In this document: positions 58,208 to 64,000 of the stretch, one piece after another
Position numbering within the stretch: the stretch's first letter is position 1
Layout of the letters: every line of letters begins with the position of its first letter
Assembly (NCBI GenBank): GCA_028716245.1
Contig: JAQUQW010000004.1
Location: 4,630 to 68,629 of the forward strand
From: Candidatus Omnitrophota bacterium
Lineage (GTDB): Bacteria > Omnitrophota > Gorgyraeia > Gygaellales > Profunditerraquicolaceae
Reading direction: 5' to 3'
Length of the DNA stretch: 64,000 bases
Notes under the pieces: model-generated
The model's input: the letters and a program-made list of their open reading frames with translations, nothing else
Database searches by the model: none
What the model was told of the DNA's origin: nothing
Made by a program: the position numbers and the translations under genes

Positions 58208-59059
58208 CTAAAATTTTAATTTACAGATATGCTTCTCTTTCTCCAGATATATGGAGTTCCTTTTTTCCAGCTCCTCCCAATCAACTTGGCCAGCTTCAAA
58301 CTCCGGGCCGTCTACGCAGCTGAATTTAACTTTTCCGGCAACGGTTACCCTGCAGCAACCGCACATCCCGGTAGCATCAACCATCAGCGCGTTTAATGAA
58401 ACAATTGTTTTAATATTGAAAGACTGGCTAATCTGCGAAACTTTCTTCATCATCGGGATTGGCCCTACCGCGTAAACTAAATCATATTTATCTTTTTTAA
58501 GCAGGTCCTCTAAAACATCAGTGGTAAAACCTTTTTGGCCAAGCGAGCCATCATCAGTCATCAGATAAATTTTATCCGCCGTATCCCTAAGTTCTTTTTC
58601 CAATATTAATAATTCTTTAGTCTTGGCCCCGATGACCGCCGTAATATTGTTTCCTGCCTGCTTTAGGCTTGTTGCCACAGGATAAATTTCGGCAATCCCT
58701 ACTCCACCGCCGACTAAAATAACTTTGCCATAATTTTTTATCTTGGTAGCATGGCCCAGAGGGCCAACCAACGCGTATAGAGTATCGCCTGCATTAAGGG
58801 CACCTAAAGTTTTAGTCGTCAGTCCCACTTCCTGGAAAATAAGGATTATGGTTTGGGCGAAACTATCTGCCTTAACAATAGTCAGCGGTATCCGCTCTCC
58901 TTTTTCGCTGGGCATAACTACGACGAATTGCCCGGCGCCGGCTTTGCGGCTAATCTCCGGGGCGCTTATCGTCAGCTTGACAACCCTTACTCCGGCATGA
59001 TCGACGATAAGTTCTTTAGCGATTATTTTACCGGCTTTGCTCAAATCAGACATATTCAT
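58208..59059 (-). CDS. nfnA: NfnA/SudB/PyrK-like subunit (FAD/NAD(P)-binding ferredoxin-reductase fold with a C-terminal [2Fe-2S]).
   Basis: 283 aa. The C-terminal Cys cluster GMCGCCRV...C matches the PyrK-type 2Fe-2S site. Confidence 0.7.
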   Translation of the reverse strand: MNMSDLSKAGKIIAKELIVDHAGVRVVKLTISAPEISRKAGAGQFVVVMPSEKGERIPLTIVKADSFAQTIILIFQEVGLTTKTLGALNAGDTLYALVGPLGHATKIKNYGKVILVGGGVGIAEIYPVATSLKQAGNNITAVIGAKTKELLILEKELRDTADKIYLMTDDGSLGQKGFTTDVLEDLLKKDKYDLVYAVGPIPMMKKVSQISQSFNIKTIVSLNALMVDATGMCGCCRVTVAGKVKFSCVDGPEFEAGQVDWEELEKRNSIYLEKEKHICKLKF

Positions 59060-60434
59060 CCCTTAGCCCTTTTTCGACGCGGCTAAAAAATTCTTTCAGT
59101 TTAACTTGTTCAGACGCAGCCAGTTCTTTAGAATGCCGCGCGATCATTTTATAGCCGGTATCCCTGACTGCCACGGAAGCAAAATCATCCAGATATTCTT
59201 TCAACGTAATCAAAGCGTTCATCTTGCATTTACCCTTAATCGTTCCGGGCTTAGCCAACTGCATAAAACTTTCACCGGTCCGGTTCATCCGGTAACAAGC
59301 GGCGCAAAAACTGGGAATATAATCATGGGCAATTAAAGTCCCCACTATTTCATCCAAACTGCGATGGTCGCCAAGAGAAAATTGGCCGCCTGCCTGTTCT
59401 TCGGCGCTAGTGGAATAACCTCCGGGTGAGGTAGATGATTCAGCGCTAATCTGAGAAACACCCAGGCTTAGAAGCGTATCGCGCAGCAGCGGGTCTTCAC
59501 GCGTCGACATGATTATCCCGGTATACGGCACAGAAAGCCTTAAAACCGCGACTACTTTCTTAAACTCATCATCAGAAATTTTGCAGGGAGGATTAAAAGA
59601 CAATTGCGCGCCTTCTGCCGGCTCAATGCGCGGCACAGAAATAGTATGCGGCCCGACCTTAAATTTCTCTTCCATGTGTTCAATATGGGAAAGCAGGCCT
59701 AAAGTTTCAAAGCGGTAATCATATAGACCGTAAAGAACCCCAATCCCTATGTCATCTATTCCCGCGGTAAATGCGCGGTCAACCGCATCAATCCGGTTAT
59801 CCGGATCGCTTTTTGGCCCTTTAGGATGCATCCGGCGGTACGTTTCTTCATGGTATGTTTCCTGAAAAACCTGATAAGTTCCAATACCGCTCTCCTTAAG
59901 CCGCTTAAATTCGCTAGTGCCAAGCGGCGCGCAATTAACATTAACTCTTTTTATTTTATGCTTGCCCACCCCTGCCGCATAAATAGCCTTAACTGCCTGG
60001 ACATAATAATCTATATTGGATTTATCTTCCGGGGCAGCCTCCCCGCAAACCATCAGTATTCTCTTGTGGCCGCGCCCCAGGAGCCACTCTACCTGATGTT
60101 TAATTTCAGGCACAGTTAGGGCCTTACGCTTAATCAACGGGTTATCCGCTTTGAATGCGCAATATAAACAATTATTAGCGCAAAGATTGCTGATATAAAG
60201 TGGCGCAAAGAGCACTACCCTTTTCCCATAAATCTCTTCCTTAACTGAATTAGCCGCGCTGAATATCTTCTGAATATATCCGGGATCATCCACCGCAAGC
60301 AAAGCCGCTGACTCAGCCATTGTAAGCCGCTTAAGCGCACGGCTTTTATTCAGAATTGCATCAAGCGCGCGCTGATCAGTGTTTACCGCCTCAATTAATA
60401 AATTATTTATTTTTTCTGCGTTAATATATTTCAT
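59046..60434 (-). CDS. hydG: [FeFe]-hydrogenase-type radical-SAM maturase HydG (tyrosine lyase producing CO/CN).
   Basis: Radical-SAM CANNCLYC (CxxxCxxC) near residue 85. ThiH/HydG-like core. A C-terminal CAACx22C (CX2CX22C) auxiliary-cluster motif distinguishes HydG from ThiH. 462 aa. Confidence 0.8.
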   Translation of the reverse strand: MKYINAEKINNLLIEAVNTDQRALDAILNKSRALKRLTMAESAALLAVDDPGYIQKIFSAANSVKEEIYGKRVVLFAPLYISNLCANNCLYCAFKADNPLIKRKALTVPEIKHQVEWLLGRGHKRILMVCGEAAPEDKSNIDYYVQAVKAIYAAGVGKHKIKRVNVNCAPLGTSEFKRLKESGIGTYQVFQETYHEETYRRMHPKGPKSDPDNRIDAVDRAFTAGIDDIGIGVLYGLYDYRFETLGLLSHIEHMEEKFKVGPHTISVPRIEPAEGAQLSFNPPCKISDDEFKKVVAVLRLSVPYTGIIMSTREDPLLRDTLLSLGVSQISAESSTSPGGYSTSAEEQAGGQFSLGDHRSLDEIVGTLIAHDYIPSFCAACYRMNRTGESFMQLAKPGTIKGKCKMNALITLKEYLDDFASVAVRDTGYKMIARHSKELAASEQVKLKEFFSRVEKGLRDEYV

Positions 60435-60438
60435 AAAA

Positions 60439-61740
60439 TTAAAGCGCCTCCAGATCGGTTGGGGCGCGGCCTAAAGAACGCAAGAGAGAAACCGTGGATT
60501 CAATCTGGGCGGAAATATCCTCGGATTGATGCGCTCTGTCCGGATAAATAGAGTAAAATGGCCGATAGGATAACGGGGTAACATTAAGCATCAGCGAATT
60601 TGCTCCCGCAAGCAGGCTGCTTTTTGCCGCGTCCTTGCTTAAAGTTTCCAGAGCGGTAGTTACCAGAATCTTGGCATTGTTGTCGCCTACAATTCTGGCC
60701 AGGGCCAAGACCTTAATCACTTCTTCTACCGGCACGGACTTGTGATTTGAGAAAGGCGTAGCCGGATGCGGGATAAAAGGGCCGAAACTATACATCTCCG
60801 CGCGCAGCTCTTTAGCCAGAAATAAATCATTTAAAATATCTTCATTGCTCTGCCCGGGTAAGCCGATTAAGCTTCCGGTAAGGATTAAGTAACCCAGAGC
60901 ATAGGCCTTGCGTAAATGCAGCAGCCGGTTCTCTAAGCTCATCCCGGGATGCACCTTCTGATAAAGCTTAAGGTTGGAAGTTTCAAAACGCATCAGCAGG
61001 CCGCGGGCTCCGGCCTGATAAAGTTTTTCTAAACCCTCTACTCCGATCTCGCCAAAACTTATAAAAATCAGCGCGGGAAATTTTTCCTTGATCTGTTTAA
61101 CGATATCCGCTAATTCATCAATGGTGTATCCGGGATCCTCTCCGCTTTGCAAAACTAAAGATTTAAATCCATAAACTTCAACCGCCTCTTTAGCCGCCTG
61201 TAAAATTTCATCCTTACTCATGCGATAGCGCTTCAGTTCCTTATTATGATAAGATATCCCGCAATACTGGCAACCCTGGCAACAGTAATTGGATATCTCA
61301 ATTATCCCATGGACGCAGCAGGAATTTTTATGGTATTTCTGGCGCAGGAAATTTGCTGTTTTAAAAAATAACTCTATCTTGTGCTTGTCTTTTGACCCCA
61401 ATAGGTACAACAGCTCCCGGCGGCTGAGCTCTCTTGACTGGCTGGCCTTATCCAATATTGCAAATAGTTTCTTATCCGTATGCGTACCGTTAAACTGCAG
61501 GCGGGAAAGCTTTAAATCCACCTCCTGCAATTGGAAAAACGTTTCTTTCCATACCGCAAGAATACTTTGGGCCTCAGAGGGAGAAATCTTGCTGACCACA
61601 AATCCTCCCTGCGCGTAGATATAATCGCCGATATCGATTTTGGACAGTTCGTTATGGGCTTTCCTTTTCTCGCCAAAATAATCCACGGTGACCGTGTTAT
61701 TCTCTATTTTTTCAACTTTCCCCGGTATGGCATAACACAT
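60439..61740 (-). CDS. hydE: Fusion protein: N-terminal HypC/HupF-like domain (aa 1-~75, starts MCYAIP) fused to the radical-SAM maturase HydE (aa ~90-433).
   Basis: MCYAIPGKVEKIENNTVTVDYFGEKRKAHNELSKIDIGDYIYAQGGFVV follows the HypC consensus MC[LI]AIP...VDFGG......GDY.LVH.GFA. Downstream, SNYCCQGCQYC (CxxxCxxC) and LKRYRMSKDEILQAAKEAVEVYGFKSLVLQSGEDPGY align closely with Thermotoga HydE (LKRYRMTPEEIVERARLAV..GAKTIVLQSGEDPY). Confidence 0.8.
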   Translation of the reverse strand: MCYAIPGKVEKIENNTVTVDYFGEKRKAHNELSKIDIGDYIYAQGGFVVSKISPSEAQSILAVWKETFFQLQEVDLKLSRLQFNGTHTDKKLFAILDKASQSRELSRRELLYLLGSKDKHKIELFFKTANFLRQKYHKNSCCVHGIIEISNYCCQGCQYCGISYHNKELKRYRMSKDEILQAAKEAVEVYGFKSLVLQSGEDPGYTIDELADIVKQIKEKFPALIFISFGEIGVEGLEKLYQAGARGLLMRFETSNLKLYQKVHPGMSLENRLLHLRKAYALGYLILTGSLIGLPGQSNEDILNDLFLAKELRAEMYSFGPFIPHPATPFSNHKSVPVEEVIKVLALARIVGDNNAKILVTTALETLSKDAAKSSLLAGANSLMLNVTPLSYRPFYSIYPDRAHQSEDISAQIESTVSLLRSLGRAPTDLEAL

Positions 61741-61746
61741 CTTAAA

Positions 61747-62211
61747 CTAAAGCAGCCTTTCTTGGATAAATTTATCAACTTGTTCGGTCAACTCTTGCAG
61801 CTTTTCTTGCAATGTACCGCTTAAAGATTCGCCAAAACCTACATCAGCCACCTGGATGCCGGCAACATAAATTTTGGTTGTAATCTCCAAATCGGAGGTT
61901 AACCTGAAAATATCCTTAAGATTTAGTTCATGGGATGAGAGCGCACTGTCTTTATTTGTAAAAGAGGCTTGCTCTAAACCAAATATCTTTAACTCCCCTA
62001 TCGGCAATTTTGCGTTGATACCGTCGATAAGTAAAACCGTATCATAGTCCTGCAGGCGATGGATTAAATCAAAACTGGCAATGCCAAAATCAAGATAGTC
62101 GATACCCGGGCGCGGATAATGATTAAGGAGGGACCCCAGAATAATTACCCCTATTCCGTCATCTCTCCTTAAACTGTTGCCTAAACCGATTACCGCGATT
62201 TTTTTAGACAA
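61747..62211 (-). CDS. [NiFe] hydrogenase maturation endopeptidase (HycI/HybD family). TTG start.
   Basis: IAVIGLGNSLRRDDGIGV..., D..DTVLLIDGI, and FTNK...SSHELNL (cf. HybD FTNK.SPHQLGL). Confidence 0.75.
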   Translation of the reverse strand: MSKKIAVIGLGNSLRRDDGIGVIILGSLLNHYPRPGIDYLDFGIASFDLIHRLQDYDTVLLIDGINAKLPIGELKIFGLEQASFTNKDSALSSHELNLKDIFRLTSDLEITTKIYVAGIQVADVGFGESLSGTLQEKLQELTEQVDKFIQERLL

Positions 62212-63574
62212 AGCTTACGTCCAGCAAATGCGTGGCGCAGGATATGCAGGGGTCATAGGAACGGGCCAACATCTCAAGATCAAGGGTAATCTCTTCTTGA
62301 GTTTTCTTACCCAACAACTCCGGGACAAGTTTGCGCATATCATCCTCTAAATTACCTATATTCTGATTGGTAGGAATCACGCAGTTGGCAGCCGTAATAT
62401 GCGCGGAATCATCAATTGTATATTCATGGAATAAAGAACCCCGGGGTACTTCAACGCATCCTGTGCCGGTATTGGGTTTATATTTGATCTTGCCAACTTC
62501 ACTTCTCTTTGGCCAGGAGGCAACCACCACCCCCTCCTCCTTTAATCCGTCTTTTAAAATCTTCTCCAGTATAGTAATCGATTCTTCCAGGCAGTGCACC
62601 CATTCCACAAGCTGAGCGGCAGTATTAAGGTAAGGGTTATAGCAGGGAGCCTTTAGCCCTAATTCGGCGGCTACTGCCTTGGCTTTTTTGTGCAGCTTAT
62701 TGAAATTATTGTTAAAACGCGACAGGGATCCCACGGCATAAGACTTGCCGTTGATCTTGGAAATTTTAGCCTTGGAATAATCGACCACGGATTCCATAAA
62801 AAGTTTACGGTAATCCCGCACTTTGCTCTTTTCCCCGTTGACCATTAAATCTCCGTCATACATCGCGTATTCATCATCAGAGGTCAGGGACATATATTGA
62901 GTCGGCCTCTGGAATTGCGGAAATTTAAGCGTCTTAATGATCTTTACCGTCGCTTCGCCGTCTTTGCGCGATTCTAACATCAGGGTATGCAATTTTTCCA
63001 GTCCTTCCCTTGACGGAAGCTGGGTAAGCCCGCCGATAACATAACTTATCGGATGGATATGCCTGCCGGCAAGCACCTCTGCGCCATAATCACTCATCCG
63101 CTTCATCCGTAAAGCCATCTCAATTACCGGCCGGTGCGTTTTGATCAAAGGAACAATACTTTTTACCCCTAATAAATCCGGGGCAACCAGAATATAGATG
63201 TGCAAAATATGGCTGTCCAGCATCTCGGTGTATAGCAGCAGCTTCCTGAGCATCACTACTTCAGCTGATGGTTTTACGCCCAAGGCATCCTCTGCCGCCT
63301 TAATGCTGGCCAGGGTATGCCCGCAAGCGCAAATGCCGCAGATACGGCTGGTCAGATGCTGGGCTTCCCAGATCGACCTGCCGACAAGCATCGACTCAAA
63401 AAAACGCGGAGATTCAATTACCTGAAACTCGCATTTAGCCAGCTTGCCTTCTTTTACGTCCACAACAATATTACCATGGCCCTCTACCCTGGTCAGATAA
63501 TGCACATCAACATTCAGGTTTTGCGAATCTATCTTATTTGAACTCTTGGTCATATTTCTCCCCCATAGAATCAT
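62204..63574 (-). CDS. [NiFe] hydrogenase large subunit (group-3-type signatures).
   Basis: L1 motif RICGICACGH with upstream RVEGHG. C-terminal L2 motif DPCISCATH followed by a 7-aa tail (LLDVSFV) as the potential protease-cleaved extension. The alternative ATG start at 63553 would reduce the overlap with the small subunit. Confidence 0.9.
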   Translation of the reverse strand: MILWGRNMTKSSNKIDSQNLNVDVHYLTRVEGHGNIVVDVKEGKLAKCEFQVIESPRFFESMLVGRSIWEAQHLTSRICGICACGHTLASIKAAEDALGVKPSAEVVMLRKLLLYTEMLDSHILHIYILVAPDLLGVKSIVPLIKTHRPVIEMALRMKRMSDYGAEVLAGRHIHPISYVIGGLTQLPSREGLEKLHTLMLESRKDGEATVKIIKTLKFPQFQRPTQYMSLTSDDEYAMYDGDLMVNGEKSKVRDYRKLFMESVVDYSKAKISKINGKSYAVGSLSRFNNNFNKLHKKAKAVAAELGLKAPCYNPYLNTAAQLVEWVHCLEESITILEKILKDGLKEEGVVVASWPKRSEVGKIKYKPNTGTGCVEVPRGSLFHEYTIDDSAHITAANCVIPTNQNIGNLEDDMRKLVPELLGKKTQEEITLDLEMLARSYDPCISCATHLLDVSFV

Positions 63575-64000
63575 TATATAAAGTAAAACTATTCAGGATA
63601 TCCTCTACCTTTAACCCGTATTTTTGCAAGATATCTTTTGCCGCGTCACTTGCCGGTTTCTCAACCAACCCTCGGCAGCCATAGCAGCGGTTTCCGTTAT
63701 TAATGCACCAGGAGTTGCATCCGGCGCGGGTAACCGGGCCCATACACTCCTGATCCTTTTCATAACGACAGACATTTTCATTCATCTTGCATTCCACGCA
63801 AACAGCGTAATTGGGCAAAGGATAAGGCTTACCCAAAAGGATTGCTTTGAGGACCGCAATAATCTCGGGAATATAAGGCGGGCAGTTAAGGATATAATAA
63901 TCCACTTTCACTACCGCGTCCAGCGGCATGGCCTTAATGGTGTTGATCAACCCGGCCTTGTCCCCGTAAACTCTTTGTTTGGCCAACTCTAGGGGCGAGC
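63534..64000 (-). CDS. [NiFe] hydrogenase small subunit, C-terminal part (the N-terminus lies beyond the window end). The ORF-track start at 63986 is an internal TTG, and the frame stays open to position 64000.
   Basis: YYILNCPPYIPE (cf. GCPP proximal-cluster motif) and the C-terminal Cys array CVEC...C...C...CNSWC...CYGC for the medial/distal Fe-S clusters. Confidence 0.75.
   Translation of the reverse strand, partial: SPLELAKQRVYGDKAGLINTIKAMPLDAVVKVDYYILNCPPYIPEIIAVLKAILLGKPYPLPNYAVCVECKMNENVCRYEKDQECMGPVTRAGCNSWCINNGNRCYGCRGLVEKPASDAAKDILQKYGLKVEDILNSFTLYNDSMGEKYDQEFK

Noticed and set aside
58208-59059. Alternative reading of the PyrK-like gene as the gamma subunit of a group-3b sulfhydrogenase.
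   Set aside because: Its partner here is a ~470-aa GltD/SudA-like protein rather than an AsrA-like beta subunit, which fits NfnAB/SudAB better. I kept it as NfnA-like and noted the hydrogenase-coupling possibility in the findings.
59046-60434. Alternative reading of the HydG call as ThiH (thiamine tyrosine lyase).
   Set aside because: At 462 aa it carries the C-terminal CX2CX22C auxiliary-cluster motif that ThiH (~370 aa) lacks. No thi genes are adjacent.

Overview
This is a 64-kb chromosomal segment from a low-GC, strictly anaerobic bacterium with a Gram-negative envelope (it encodes LpxB, an MsbA-like exporter, a PpiD-like chaperone and prepilin peptidase). The window is about 93% coding and almost entirely on the minus strand; only three genes (5555-6676 and 41757-43840) are on the plus strand. 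I read every domain assignment, tRNA fold, promoter, terminator and repeat directly from the sequence and the supplied ORF translations, without any database search.

Core metabolism and housekeeping:
- Purine genes: purQ (partial), a LOG-family gene, a PurS-PurS-PurL fusion, and purB.
- Pyruvate:ferredoxin oxidoreductase operon porG-porD-porA-porB, followed by a ferritin-like protein and a ferredoxin.
- A truncated MetE-like methyltransferase and a PNPOx-like protein.
- Thiol-disulfide genes ccdA and tlpA (overlapping by 1 nt) and cutA.
- pgeF, rmuC, ttcA, malQ, pilD, aroE.
- A leuA-ilvC-ilvN-ilvB-ilvD block with a secreted unknown protein inserted in it.
- Class II aldolase and pfkA; ahcY-metK; an NTP-transferase.
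- A PTS-Ntr regulatory module ptsI-ptsH-yvcK-ptsN.
- A tRNA-Lys/Leu/Gly cluster, then rpsB-tsf-pyrH-frr.
- MsbA-like ABC exporter; a Gfo/Idh/MocA oxidoreductase with lpxB; an M48 peptidase; a divergent L27; a beta-CASP MBL RNase.
- carA, only the N-terminal half of carB, and pyrG.

Most notable observations:
1. At the right edge there is a group-3-type [NiFe] hydrogenase operon. It contains the small subunit, the large subunit with RxCGxC...H and DPCxxCxxH motifs, and a HycI-like protease.
2. Within that operon, the canonical hyp genes do not lie between the structural genes and nfnAB. In their place are [FeFe]-hydrogenase-type radical-SAM maturases. One is HydG, with its C-terminal CX2CX22C motif. 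The other is HydE carrying an N-terminal HypC-like domain that starts MCYAIP.
3. NfnA and NfnB lie immediately downstream of the maturases. This arrangement suggests a hybrid maturation route for the Fe(CO)(CN)2 ligands and a possible NAD(P)-coupled hydrogenase.
4. A 487-nt ORF-free, GC-rich, heavily structured gap (51221-51707) holds nested REP-like palindromes and a 214-nt imperfect palindrome. Smaller copies of the REP-like family sit in three other intergenic spacers.
5. An HD-GYP protein is translationally coupled to a 647-aa protein that shares its novel N-terminal domain.
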